Notes: generated by a model from the sequence alone, not told the origin. DNA of 64,000 nucleotides from Gammaproteobacteria bacterium (GCA_016712635.1 JADJQS010000008.1:139268-203267), one strand, 5' to 3'. Numbered from the stretch's first letter, positions 31,892 through 41,722 are shown. Numbers and translations: made by a program.

Positions 31892-32246
31892 TGCCTTGCC
31901 TCCATCGTGCGCCTGTGTGAATCAGGCCATCATCGTGCCGGATCGGCACCCATGCCATCGGGAAAACAACGAACAGTCGTGGAGAGGGGCGGGGTAGAGC
32001 CGGAGTGTCCATCGCCCCCATGTTAGCGGCCGCTGCGATGGGTTCAGCAGCGCTGTTTGCCGATATTCCGGGCCCGCCCAAAAGGCTCTTGCAGATGATA
32101 AGCATTGTTGCGTGGATCCCAAATCGGAGAATCCGGACAGGGGAATGTGCTTTCGCTATAATCCGACGAGCCTTGGCCGGAACATTCAAGGCGTCAGTAC
32201 CCGTTTTTCTTCTGCGTTGATCAATCAAATCGAACCCGGGATCCAG

Positions 32247-32588
32247 ATGAGCACCTTGCCCAAATGTCCGCAATGCAGTTCCGAATACACCTATGAAGAC
32301 GCGGGCATGTATATCTGCCCCGAATGCGCCCATGAATGGTCGCCGCAGGCCGCGGCGGAGGCGGTGGATGAGAAGCGCGTCGTGCGCGATGCCTACGGCA
32401 ACGAACTGAAGGACGGCGACTCGGTGACGGTGATCAAGGACCTGAAGGTGAAGGGATCCTCCGCCGTGGTCAAGGTCGGCACCAAGGTGAAGAACATCCG
32501 CCTCGTCGACGGCGACCACGACATCGACTGCCGCATCGACGGCGTCGGCGCGATGGGCCTGAAGTCGGAGTTCGTGAAGAAGGCCTAG
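32247..32588 (+). CDS. phnA: PhnA/YjdC zinc-ribbon protein
   Basis: [31 protein letters not shown]...[42 protein letters not shown] is the canonical PhnA. The ORF-track N-terminal extension is ignored. Confidence 0.88.
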   Translation: MSTLPKCPQCSSEYTYEDAGMYICPECAHEWSPQAAAEAVDEKRVVRDAYGNELKDGDSVTVIKDLKVKGSSAVVKVGTKVKNIRLVDGDHDIDCRIDGVGAMGLKSEFVKKA

Positions 32589-32605
32589 GCTCCATTTATG
32601 TGTTA

Positions 32606-32630
32606 GGGGACAGATTTTAAATCTGTCCCC
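32606..32630. repeat. REP-like palindrome GGGGACAGATTTTAAATCTGTCCCC
   Basis: Perfect palindrome 18 bp after the phnA stop. Confidence 0.85.
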
Positions 32631-32942
32631 TTGTAGTCGTGTCCCCCTGTGGTCACGAATGATCTGGAGCGGAATTCAAGCGCGTAGGCATTGTGGGCAA
32701 GCGTTTGTTCGTGTTCCTGTCGGTCATGCTCCCGGTGGGGTGCTCTGCCCAGGCCGCTGAACAGGCATCCGGGCAAAGGCTCGATGAGGTCGCCGAACGC
32801 GGCGCAGCCGTGGCAGATCGACATCGCATATAGGGAACTGCCCGATGGCGCAGGCTCGACTACCCGGCCCGCGATGCGAAGCCGGTCGCCGCCATACACA
32901 AATCGCCGCTAACTGTTGTACCCGCGAGCCTGTGTTATCTGT

Positions 32943-32980
32943 GAAAAAAAAGCCCCTGCCACCGGGCGGTGACAGGGGCT
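32943..32980 (-). terminator. rho-independent terminator of cbbM (minus strand: AGCCCCTGTCACCgcccGGTGGCAGGGGCTTTTTTTT)
   Basis: GC-rich 12-bp stem followed by T8, 20 bp after the cbbM stop. This makes cbbM monocistronic. Confidence 0.8.
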
Positions 32981-33002
32981 CTGTTGCGGATGGACCCGCC
33001 GC

Positions 33003-34295
33003 CTACTTGAACTTCGCCAGCTTGTCGCGCCAGCCCGGGAAGAGCATGTCGGCGTCTTTCGGGAACGAGTAGAAGGCGCGCGCGAATTCGCGGTGCTCCT
33101 TGGCGTACTCGACCGGGTTGGCGCCGGCCTTCCAGCACTCATAGGACTGCCGCAGCGAGATGGCGCCGGCGGCCGGGCTGTCGATGTGGCCGTAGGAGCC
33201 GCCGCCGGCGGTGTTGACCAGGTTGCCGTGGCCGAGGTTCTGGAAGAAGCCCGGCAGGCGCAGCGCGTTCATGCCGCCGGAGATGATCGGCGTCGTGGGT
33301 TTCATTCCGTACCACTTCTGCAGGTACACCGGGCCGCGGCTCTCGTCGCGCTCGATCATGTAGGCAATGATCTTGTCGTCGCCTTCGCCTTCCATCTTGC
33401 CGTAGCCCATGGTGCCGACGTGGATGCCGGAGGCGCCCTGCAGACGGCTCATCTTTGCCAGTACGAACGCGGTGTAGCCGCGCTTGGACGAGGGCGAGGT
33501 GACGGCGCCGTGGCCGGCGCGGTGGTAGTGCAGGTACTGGTCGGGGTACTGGCGACGCGCTGTCGTCACCATGCCGGGGCCGCCGACATAGCCGTCCACC
33601 AGGAAGGCCAGCTTGTCCGCGTCGGAGCCGAAGGTCTCCAGCGCGAAGTCGGCGCGGGCGCACATCTCGTAGTGGTCGTCGGCCGTGATGTTGAGGGAGA
33701 ACAGCTTGGCCTCGCCGGTCTTGTCCTGCGCACGCTTCAGCGAATCGTAGACCAGCGGCAGCGTCTTCTTCAGAGGAGAGAACACCTGGTTGCCCTGCGG
33801 CTCGTCGTTCTTGATGAAGTCGCCGCCGAGCCAGAACTCGTACGCAGCCTTCGCGAAGGGCTCGGGACGCAGGCCCAGCTTGGGCTTGATGATGGTGCCG
33901 GAGATGTAACCGCCGTCCTTGATCGGGCGGCCGAGGATGCGCCACAGGTCGGAGATGTCCTTGGACGGGCCGTCGAACAGCTGGATCGCGCGCGGCGGCA
34001 CGTGGAAGTCGATCATTCTGCCGTATTCGATGTCGCCCATGCCCTGGTTGTTGCCGATGGTCAGGGTCAGGAAGGACACCATCATCATGCGGCCGTCGGT
34101 GACGTTGCGGTCGAACAGGTCCAGCGGATAGGCGATGCGCATGTCCTCGTTCTGCTCGTCGATGTAGTAGACGAGCGCGTCGACGCCCTTGGTGAAATCG
34201 TCGGTCGTGCTGACTTCCACGTTGGTGCCGGTGGACGATTCGGCGGCGAAATGCGCGGCGGCCTCCAGATAGCCATGGCCGGCCTTCGGCTTCAT
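33003..34295 (-). CDS. cbbM: ribulose-1,5-bisphosphate carboxylase/oxygenase, form II large subunit
   Basis: Near-collinear with Rhodospirillum rubrum CbbM ([28 protein letters not shown]...[14 protein letters not shown]...[13 protein letters not shown]...). The conserved N-terminus continues upstream but out of frame (see finding). Confidence 0.93.
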   Translation of the reverse strand: MKPKAGHGYLEAAAHFAAESSTGTNVEVSTTDDFTKGVDALVYYIDEQNEDMRIAYPLDLFDRNVTDGRMMMVSFLTLTIGNNQGMGDIEYGRMIDFHVPPRAIQLFDGPSKDISDLWRILGRPIKDGGYISGTIIKPKLGLRPEPFAKAAYEFWLGGDFIKNDEPQGNQVFSPLKKTLPLVYDSLKRAQDKTGEAKLFSLNITADDHYEMCARADFALETFGSDADKLAFLVDGYVGGPGMVTTARRQYPDQYLHYHRAGHGAVTSPSSKRGYTAFVLAKMSRLQGASGIHVGTMGYGKMEGEGDDKIIAYMIERDESRGPVYLQKWYGMKPTTPIISGGMNALRLPGFFQNLGHGNLVNTAGGGSYGHIDSPAAGAISLRQSYECWKAGANPVEYAKEHREFARAFYSFPKDADMLFPGWRDKLAKFK

Positions 34296-34659
34296 CTTGT
34301 AGGCGACCAGGATATGATTACCCTCGTTGATCAGGTCTTGTTCTTTGAGGGCAAGGTTTGCGTAACGTTTGGACTGGATCCATCTGATTCTCCCAATGAC
34401 GATAAATGACCGACAAAATGTGCGATTATAGGCGATCGGGAAAATCCAAGGAAGTCTGTATGGTTATTTATACTTACTCCAGGTCCGGATATGGCAACTG
34501 GGGTATGCGCTAGCTGATTGATTTACAACGTACTCTTCATGCAGTTCGCCCCGAGCATAGGGGATGAATGAGCCGGATTGCGGGTACGTTAGCGCCGGAC
34601 AGGGCGTGAGATGCCGACCGTGCGTACACGCTGATTCAAATCGTAAGGAGCAGTGTGAG

Positions 34660-34984
34660 CAGTCTGCCTGAATGCCCGCAGTGCAATTCCGGATACTCCT
34701 AATTAAGACTCGGGCAAATACATCTGCCCAGAATGTGCCCATGAATGTGGCCGCGGGGGGCGGTGAATGACAAGGGCGTGCGCGTGCCGCGGCAACAGCT
34801 GAAGGACGGCGACTCGGTGACAGTGATCAAGGTCCTGAAGGTGAAGGGCACGTCCACCGTGGACAAGGTCGGCACCAGGGAGAAGAACATCCGCCTCGTC
34901 GACGGCGATCACGACATCGACTGCCGCATCGACGGCATCGGCGGTATGGGCCTGATGTCGGAGTTCGTGAAGAAGGCCTGGCCG
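34660..34984 (+). pseudogene. decayed duplicate of phnA (internal stops/deletion in the 5' half; 3' 190 bp about 90% identical to intact phnA)
   Basis: Translation gives ...[95 protein letters not shown]. The nucleotide stretch was compared by eye with 32400-32588. Confidence 0.75.
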
Positions 34985-34985
34985 T

Positions 34986-35087
34986 AATATATTTGGGGTC
35001 AGAGTAAAAACCCCTTCCGGAGCTGCGTGGCTGAAGCCAGGCGCCGGGCTGGTGGGTGGCGAAGGTTTTTACTCTGACCCCAAATAT
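34986..35087. repeat. MITE-like hairpin element: perfect 24-bp terminal inverted repeats (ATATTTGGGGTCAGAGTAAAAACC ... GGTTTTTACTCTGACCCCAAATAT) around a 51-bp core
   Basis: Read directly from the sequence. It sits exactly at the junction between the phnA pseudogene and the dsrE-like gene. Confidence 0.8.
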
Positions 35088-35114
35088 GATTGGTAGATAC
35101 CCTGTGAGGCAGCC

Positions 35115-35435
35115 ATGAAACTCGGCGTCATCATCGAGACGAACGAACCCGAAACGGCCTGGAACGGCGTGCGCTTCTGCAACGCAGCGCTGAAGAAGGG
35201 TCATTCCGTGAAGCTGTTCCTGATGAGCGCAGGCGTCGAGATCGAGAATATCCGGGGCGGCAAGTACGACATTGTGCTCCAGCTCGAGGAGTTCTCCGTC
35301 AACGGCGGCAAAGTGCTCGCCTGCGGCACCTGCATGAAATCGCGCAACCAGTCCGAATCGGATGTCTGCCCGACCTCGACCATGAACGACTGCGTGGAAA
35401 TGGCGGAGTGGGCGGACAAGGTAGTGACGTTCTGA
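35115..35435 (+). CDS. DsrE/DsrF-like sulfur-relay family protein (cytoplasmic)
   Basis: 106 aa. MKLGVIIETNEPETAWNGVRFCNAALKKGHSVKLFLMSAGV...ACGTCMKSR has the DsrE/TusD fold with conserved Cys. Confidence 0.75.
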   Translation: MKLGVIIETNEPETAWNGVRFCNAALKKGHSVKLFLMSAGVEIENIRGGKYDIVLQLEEFSVNGGKVLACGTCMKSRNQSESDVCPTSTMNDCVEMAEWADKVVTF

Positions 35436-35630
35436 GCTGCCCCGGGCATGGCCTGAGACATGTCCCCGTGATGCTCACTGTTCAGCCTCCGGATAAGCCA
35501 TGACGTTTCCATGGATTCTGTTCCGCAGCGCGATGTTGCGCCGCCCGGCGCGCGGTATGGCAGGTTTTCCGGGCGGTCGATGATGCCTGTATAATCTGCC
35601 TCCGGTTCCTGTTATCACACGAGAGGCCGC

Positions 35631-36383
35631 ATGATCGAGCTGTTGTCCGACCCGAATGCCTGGATCGCCTTTATTACGCTGACCGCCCTCGAGCTCGTGC
35701 TCGGGATCGACAACATCATCTTCATCTCGATCCTGGTCGACAAGCTGCCGGAGGCGCAGCGCGCGCTGGCACGCCGTCTCGGGCTGTTCTTCGCGATGTT
35801 CACGCGCATCGGCCTGCTGTTCCTGCTGGCGTGGATCGTCGGCCTGACGGCCCCGCTGTTCACCGCGCTTGAGGAGGAGATCTCCGGGCGCGACCTCATC
35901 CTGATCACCGGCGGCCTCTTCCTGCTGTGGAAGAGCACGATGGAGATCCACCAGTTGCTGGAGGGCGAGCCGGGCCATTCTTCCTCGGCGGTGCGCGCCA
36001 CGTTCACGTCCGTCATCGTACAGATCGCGATCATCGACATCGTGTTCTCGCTCGATTCCATCATCACCGCCGTGGGCATGGTCGATCACGTCGAGATCAT
36101 GGTCGCGGCGGTGGTTGCCTCGGTCGCCCTGATGATGTTCTTTGCCGGCCCCATCAGCCGCGTCGTCTCAGCGCATCCGACCATCAAGGTGCTGGCGCTC
36201 GCCTTCCTGTTCGTCATCGGCGTAGTGCTGGTTGCCGACGGTTTCGACCACCACATCCCGAAGGGCTACGTCTACTTCGCCATGGCCTTCGCGGTCGCGG
36301 TCGAGATCATCAACCTGCGCATGCGCAAGCGCGCCGCCAGGCCGGTCGAACTGCGCGAACCCTACACGCGGGACGGTGAATGA
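35631..36383 (+). CDS. TerC-family integral membrane protein
   Basis: ALELVLGIDNIIFISILV...IAIIDIVFSLDSIITAVGM are TerC/Alx family motifs. Confidence 0.85.
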   Translation: MIELLSDPNAWIAFITLTALELVLGIDNIIFISILVDKLPEAQRALARRLGLFFAMFTRIGLLFLLAWIVGLTAPLFTALEEEISGRDLILITGGLFLLWKSTMEIHQLLEGEPGHSSSAVRATFTSVIVQIAIIDIVFSLDSIITAVGMVDHVEIMVAAVVASVALMMFFAGPISRVVSAHPTIKVLALAFLFVIGVVLVADGFDHHIPKGYVYFAMAFAVAVEIINLRMRKRAARPVELREPYTRDGE

Positions 36384-36438
36384 GGCGGGCGTGAGACATC
36401 CGCCGCCGGGAATGCGTCCGACATCGAGATAAGCACGG

Positions 36439-36726
36439 ATGATGCGCCTGCTGCCGTTGATTCTGGCGCTGGTCTTTCCGGCGGCGGCCGTTCCGGCCCC
36501 CGTCTGTCATATCCACCCTCCGGCATCGGAGAGTGATGCCGCTCCGCCGGCCATCGTCGGACCGTACGGCTCGATCAATGCGTGCGAACAGGCAAACGCC
36601 CTGCTCTACTCAGGACAGGGCCGCTGCCATTGCGCATTCGACGGCGCGGGCTGGCAGGACCGGCCGATGCTGCCGGAACTGCCGCAGGACCCGGCGCAGG
36701 CCCCGTTTTTTGACCGGAATAATTGA
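36439..36726 (+). CDS. small secreted Cys-containing hypothetical protein
   Basis: MMRLLPLILALVFPAAAVPAPV signal, 95 aa. No family was recognised. Confidence 0.4.
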   Translation: MMRLLPLILALVFPAAAVPAPVCHIHPPASESDAAPPAIVGPYGSINACEQANALLYSGQGRCHCAFDGAGWQDRPMLPELPQDPAQAPFFDRNN

Positions 36727-37059
36727 GATCGGAAGGCGAGTACGGCCCGGTCAAGTTGCTGTGGCGTGGCGTGTCTCCGGTGGAGCCGGGCCAGGCAGCC
36801 GGAACAGGAATGGCAGTTGCTGCGGGCCTTCATCGGTTATTTCGACCGGCACACCGGCGAGCAGATCCAGACCGTCACCATCACAGAACTCTTATGCCGC
36901 CGTCACCCGGGGACCAGGCCGAGGTGCCCTGCGACATTATGTCGCAGGCGTACACAGACCCGGGCCGAATATACTGGCCGTGACTGTCGAGACCGGGGCC
37001 AGGCACCGTCCCCGCGTCCCGGACTTCGCTGCAATGACTCAACAAGGAAGGAGATATTC

Positions 37060-37479
37060 ATGAAACTGATTTCCCGATGGGCGCTGCTGCTCGCCCTGCT
37101 GGCCGCGGCAGCCGTTTCCCCTGTCATGGCGGGAGACACGGACCCGCTGTTCATCAATCTGACGACCGATGACCCGCACCGTGCCGAGATGGCCATCTCT
37201 TTCGGCAAGAATCAGTTCGAGCGCGGCCATCCCCTGACGATCTTCCTGAATGACAAGGGCGTGCATATCGGATCCAGGGCCGACGCCGCCAAGTTCGCCA
37301 GCCATCAGAAGGTGCTGGGAGAGCTGATCGGCAAGGGCACCGTGGTGCTGATCTGTCCCATGTGCATGAAGCATTACGGCGTGGATGAGGGCGATCTGCT
37401 GCCGGGATTGAAGGTCAGCAATCCCGAGCTCAGCGGCGCCGCGCTGTTCGAGGACGACGCCCGGACACTCACCTGGTAG
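37060..37479 (+). CDS. DsrE/DsrF-like family protein with Sec signal peptide (periplasmic)
   Basis: RBS GGAAGGAGAtattcATG. MKLISRWALLLALLAAAAVSPVMA signal. ...LTIFLNDKGVHIG...VVLICPMCMKHYG is a DsrE-like core. Confidence 0.7.
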   Translation: MKLISRWALLLALLAAAAVSPVMAGDTDPLFINLTTDDPHRAEMAISFGKNQFERGHPLTIFLNDKGVHIGSRADAAKFASHQKVLGELIGKGTVVLICPMCMKHYGVDEGDLLPGLKVSNPELSGAALFEDDARTLTW

Positions 37480-37711
37480 AGGGTGCCGGGGTCATTCCCC
37501 GGCGTGTACCGCGGGACCGGATAGTTGACCGGAGGCCTCGGTTTTTTCTGCATCACTGCCTGTCACCCGAATCGTTTTAACACCCGCCTGCGCCAGGCTC
37601 CCTGGCCTTGCCATGAGGTGGATACCTCCGGGTCCGCTGGACTATGCTTTATATGCGCCCGTCCGCGAGCGGCTTTTGTGGCGCAACTACCTGTCCAGTG
37701 GAGATCCGAGC

Positions 37712-38656
37712 ATGAAAACAACAAAGCGATTCCGGGTGGTGTTGGCAGTGCTGGTTATCGGAGCGGTATTCCTCGGCATGTCGGCCTGCGGTGGCGACGA
37801 CGACGGCCTGGGTGAAACGAATACGGAGACAAGGACCGCGACGCTGGGCAACGACATGAAAAATATCCCGCTCGTCGCGAATCAGCAGACGGAGATCAGT
37901 TTCACCTACCTGATCCCCGGGGCGATCACGTCCAAGGGCGATTACACGATCAATTTCACCGAGACGCTCAAGAACGTCTCCCTGAGTTCCGCGCCGATCG
38001 CGAAGAATACCAACAGGCTGGAGACGCTCAGGATGCTGGCCGCGGTGCTGATCAAGGACGCCTTTGCGCAGGAGGAGTCGCAGGTCACCGTGTTCGTCTC
38101 CTACCCGGACGATCCGGACGTCTGTTCCAGCCCCAATGTATTCGGGCCGTATACCATCCTCGGCGCGATCGGCACCGCGTTGACGAGCAACACCCAGACG
38201 GCCGCCCCGACGGATGCCGTGATCAATATCTCGAACCTGGGCAGTGTCGAGGTGTGCGTGGTGACCACGCCGCCCATCAACGCGTTCCTGACGGTGACGG
38301 GCGTGGCTGTCGACCTGGAGGACTGTGCCGCGCCGACTGTCACCATCGCCAACACCGACTGGTCCGGGACGTACACCTGCGACAATTTCGGCGCGGGAGA
38401 CGAAGGGGGCGACGTCGACCTGACGATCACCCGGAACCAGGACGGCAGCTATCACTACACGGACGGATCGGCGGAATACGACGGCCACCTGTGCGGGAAC
38501 AAATTCAAATTCAGCGGCGGCGTCGCCAGTTCCTACACGGAGAGCGGCACGCTGGTATTCAGCAGCAATACGGCGGCGACGAAGACCTCCACCTGGAACA
38601 GCATCCCGCCCGGATTCAGCGGCGGCAACTGTTCCGATACGCTGGAACGCCAGTAG
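37712..38656 (+). CDS. hypothetical lipoprotein (LGMSACGG lipobox), Thr/Cys-rich
   Basis: MKTTKRFRVVLAVLVIGAVFLGMSACGG, about 315 aa. No recognised domain. Confidence 0.55.
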   Translation: MKTTKRFRVVLAVLVIGAVFLGMSACGGDDDGLGETNTETRTATLGNDMKNIPLVANQQTEISFTYLIPGAITSKGDYTINFTETLKNVSLSSAPIAKNTNRLETLRMLAAVLIKDAFAQEESQVTVFVSYPDDPDVCSSPNVFGPYTILGAIGTALTSNTQTAAPTDAVINISNLGSVEVCVVTTPPINAFLTVTGVAVDLEDCAAPTVTIANTDWSGTYTCDNFGAGDEGGDVDLTITRNQDGSYHYTDGSAEYDGHLCGNKFKFSGGVASSYTESGTLVFSSNTAATKTSTWNSIPPGFSGGNCSDTLERQ

Positions 38657-38679
38657 GGAGTCGGTTCCGAAGCGGCGCC

Positions 38680-38943
38680 TCAGGCAGCATCGTCCCCGGG
38701 TTCTACGGCGGGGGCCGTGCGGCCATGCAGGTGCCGGATCGCCTGCACGCTGGCGAAGGTCGAGACGCAGTAGGGCACGAGGAAGGTCAGCCCGATCTTG
38801 ACCCATTCCGTCAGCGTGACCGACCCGGACAGCAGCTTGTCGCCGTGGTTGATCAGGGCGAGGATGCAGCCGACGAAGGCCGCGACCTTCAGAGCACGCG
38901 CGGCGACCGAGCGTTGCAGTGCGATGTCGAACCAGTCGCGCAT
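38680..38943 (-). CDS. small hydrophobic membrane protein (hypothetical)
   Basis: 87 aa with two predicted TM segments. It ends immediately before a REP cluster. Confidence 0.4.
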   Translation of the reverse strand: MRDWFDIALQRSVAARALKVAAFVGCILALINHGDKLLSGSVTLTEWVKIGLTFLVPYCVSTFASVQAIRHLHGRTAPAVEPGDDAA

Positions 38944-38950
38944 AATGAAT

Positions 38951-39034
38951 GGGGACAGATTTCGGTGGTATCGGGGACAGATTTAAAATCTGTCCCCGTA
39001 TTGCCGCAAGGGGACGGATTTGAAATCCGTCCCC
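38951..39034. repeat. REP-like cluster (half unit; GGGGACAGATTTAAAATCTGTCCCC at 38973-38997; variant GGGGACGGATTTGAAATCCGTCCCC at 39010-39034)
   Basis: The palindromes were read directly. The variant unit carries paired compensatory changes. Confidence 0.85.
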
Positions 39035-39043
39035 ATTCCTTTC

Positions 39044-40345
39044 CTAGAACTTCCAGGCGTAACTGGCCGCGAGCTCCCACTCGTCCATGCGCAGCGTGAT
39101 GGTCTGGCCGGGGTCGAGCGGATTCGCGCCGCTGACCTCCTTCTCCGGCGCGTACATGGCGGCGAAGCTCCATTCGCCGGCATCGCCGAGACGCCGGGTG
39201 AATCCGGCGGTGAGATGCTGCTCCATCACGCCGGGCGCAAGGATGTTGAACAGCACTTCGCTGTCCGGGATCGGCTGGTCGCAGCGGCTGTAGCCGACGC
39301 GCCAGGTCCAGTCCTCGTCGCGCACCCACTGGTAGCCGAGTTTGAACACCGTGACGTCTTCCCAGCCGAAGCCGGCACCGCCGTCGTTGCCGAGCTGCGC
39401 GGTCTGCAGGTTCGGCAGCATCGGCGCGCCGACCGACTCGATGTCGCTGTACCAGATGCGCTGCACGTCGAGCAGCAGCATCGTGGCCGGGCTGGTCTCC
39501 CAGGCCAGGCCGAGAGCCATGGTCGCCGGGATATTGAAGCCGCCCTGCTCGGCGAACAGGCCGCGGTACTGGTCGAACTCGTCCATCCGCATCTCGGTCT
39601 GGTAGGCGGCGCCGAGCGTGAGCCCGGTCTGCACCTCGCTGGTGATTCCGATGCGGGCGCCGTAGCCGATCGAGGTGTCGTGGCCGTTGTCGGTCAGATT
39701 GTCCGGATCGCTGGAGAAGCCTTGCGCGCCGAAGGCGGCGAGGCCGGTGGCCTCGAAGCGCTGGTAGGCGAGGATCGGGCTGACGCCCCAGGCGGTCGAG
39801 TCGTTGAGCCGCTGAGCGTAGCTGACGTTGACGAAGAGCTGCGCGAGGTCGACGCCGGTCCCGGCCTCTCCGCCGAAGAAGCCGCCGAAGTACGTCCCGG
39901 CGCCGCCGCCGGCGCTGTCCGGCCAGTCGGTGTTCATGCCGCCGTTCGCATAGACGCTGACCCCGAGTGCACGGTCGTCGTCGAGCATGCGGTTCCAGCC
40001 AAAGTGCGGGATCAGGAAATATTCGCTGTCGCTGTCCACCGTTTCCGGCGTCAGGCCGAAGCTGTTCGGTGCACCCGAGGGCGCGCCACTCACGGTATAC
40101 GAGCGGTGCGGGCTGAACAGCGCCACGCCGGCATCGATCCGGTTGCCGACATTGACCATGCCGGCCGGATTGGCGGCCGCGGCCAGGCTGTCCTGCGCCA
40201 GCGCGGTGCCCGCGCCGGCCAGTCCCTTTTCCTTCACGCTGTACGCGTGCGAGAAATAACCGTTGGTGGCCGCGGCGTCGCCCGCGGCGAACAGCGCGGT
40301 GAACGCGCCCGCCAGGGCGAGATTCCTGTTCTTGTGCATGTGCAT
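39044..40345 (-). CDS. FadL/TodX/OmpP1-family outer-membrane transporter of hydrophobic compounds
   Basis: Signal peptide, β-barrel-like alternating pattern, and C-terminal ...ELAASYAWKF (aromatic terminal residue). NPA/Gly-rich loops are typical of FadL. Confidence 0.7.
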   Translation of the reverse strand: MHMHKNRNLALAGAFTALFAAGDAAATNGYFSHAYSVKEKGLAGAGTALAQDSLAAAANPAGMVNVGNRIDAGVALFSPHRSYTVSGAPSGAPNSFGLTPETVDSDSEYFLIPHFGWNRMLDDDRALGVSVYANGGMNTDWPDSAGGGAGTYFGGFFGGEAGTGVDLAQLFVNVSYAQRLNDSTAWGVSPILAYQRFEATGLAAFGAQGFSSDPDNLTDNGHDTSIGYGARIGITSEVQTGLTLGAAYQTEMRMDEFDQYRGLFAEQGGFNIPATMALGLAWETSPATMLLLDVQRIWYSDIESVGAPMLPNLQTAQLGNDGGAGFGWEDVTVFKLGYQWVRDEDWTWRVGYSRCDQPIPDSEVLFNILAPGVMEQHLTAGFTRRLGDAGEWSFAAMYAPEKEVSGANPLDPGQTITLRMDEWELAASYAWKF

Positions 40346-40684
40346 CCCCTCGGTGTGTTGTTATGGTGGCGACCGGCTGCTCTCACGGCGTCCGGGTAAA
40401 GGTCCGGAGTATAACCTCTGGCGGCGGCACGGCCCTATCCCCCTCAGGCGGCGCTCCCCGGCCCATTAGTTGACCGGAACTGTAAGGTATTCGGCCGGCG
40501 CCTGACGGGTCAGGCGCGGCAGCATCGACTTCGGGCGGTTTCTGCGCCCAGGTTTTAATTGCCAATCCGGGGCGGGGTCTGGGCTGGCGGCTCCGGAGGG
40601 TGCGAATCCGATATAATCGGGAGTCCCGGCGGGTCGCGTTTCCGGTCGATCCCCGGGTTCCCAAGTGAAACTGTCGGAGCGGGG

Positions 40685-41152
40685 ATGGATTTGAACGAAG
40701 TGTTTCCCAGCGGTTACCTGCACTATCTGGCGGGCGGACTGCTGATCGGCGGCGGGACGGCCCTGTTGTTCATCGGCGCCGGACTGATCGGCGGCATGAG
40801 CGGCATTTACTCGTCGGTCTGGTCCTGGTTTTCGCGCGCGCCCCATTTCCAGCAGGAGCGCATCCGGGGCAGCCGCGACTGGCGGCTGGTCTACTCGATC
40901 GGGCTGATCCTGGGGGCATTCCTCTGGCTCATTACCGGCGGTACGGCCTGGAGCACGGGCATCGGCGCGTGGCAACTGCTGCTCGGCGGGTTCGTCGCCG
41001 GATTCGGCGCGCGGCTCTCGAACGGCTGTACCTCCGGCCATGGCATCTGCGGTGTGGCCGCGCTGCAGCCGCCGTCCCTGCTGGCGGTGATCATCTTCAT
41101 GGCGACCGCGATCGCGACCGCGAACATTATGCGCGCGATGGGTGGCGCATGA
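40685..41152 (+). CDS. YeeE/YedE-family (DUF395) sulfur-compound transporter, half 1
   Basis: ...GGFVAGFGARLSNGCTSGHGICG matches the YeeE/YedE conserved Cys motif. Translationally coupled to half 2 (ATGA overlap). Confidence 0.75.
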   Translation: MDLNEVFPSGYLHYLAGGLLIGGGTALLFIGAGLIGGMSGIYSSVWSWFSRAPHFQQERIRGSRDWRLVYSIGLILGAFLWLITGGTAWSTGIGAWQLLLGGFVAGFGARLSNGCTSGHGICGVAALQPPSLLAVIIFMATAIATANIMRAMGGA

Positions 41153-41610
41153 GCGGGGGATGCACAAACCTGAAGTCCTATGGTTGCCTGTTCGTGCTCG
41201 CCGGCGGCCTGATGGCGGGTTATGGGCTCAGCCTGTCGGGCATGGTGCGGCCCGAGGTCGTGCTGAGTTTTCTGCGCTTCGAGGATATGGGATTGCTATT
41301 GGTGCTGGCCGGGGCCTCCGGGACGGCGTTGCTGGCCTATCAGGTGGCGCCGCGCGTCATGCGCCAGCCGCTGGCCGCCCCGGTCTTCAGCGTATACTCA
41401 TCGGTACTGAACGGGCGCACGCTCGGCGGCGCGGCCATCTTCGGCGTCGGCTGGGGCATCTGCGGCGTATGCCCGGGGCCCGCGATGGCCGGTCTCGGTG
41501 CGGGCGACGGGTCCCTGCTGTTCTCGCTGCTGGGCATGCTGGCGGGCGCCTATGTGCAGGGCCGCTATTTCGGCGAGGTGCCGCTGGAGGCTGCGCGAAA
41601 CCGGAGTTGA
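41149..41610 (+). CDS. YeeE/YedE-family (DUF395) sulfur-compound transporter, half 2
   Basis: MSGGCTNLKSYGC... and ...FGVGWGICGVCPGP. Paired two-gene arrangement. Confidence 0.75.
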   Translation: MSGGCTNLKSYGCLFVLAGGLMAGYGLSLSGMVRPEVVLSFLRFEDMGLLLVLAGASGTALLAYQVAPRVMRQPLAAPVFSVYSSVLNGRTLGGAAIFGVGWGICGVCPGPAMAGLGAGDGSLLFSLLGMLAGAYVQGRYFGEVPLEAARNRS

Positions 41611-41635
41611 ACAGCTGACGGGCGCGGAGGTAAAT

Positions 41636-41722
41636 GGGGACAGATTTACCTGCATGGGGACTACCTGCTGCTTGGGGACAGATTTGAAATCTGTCCCCGT
41701 CTGCCCGTGATAAATCTGTCCC
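41636..41722. repeat. REP-like cluster (half; GGGGACAGATTTGAAATCTGTCCCC at 41674-41698; half)
   Basis: Lies directly upstream of the hrpB start. Confidence 0.85.

Noticed and set aside
31875-32519. 214-aa minus ORF overlapping phnA
   Set aside because: It is antisense to the conserved PhnA zinc-ribbon gene and has no supporting motifs.
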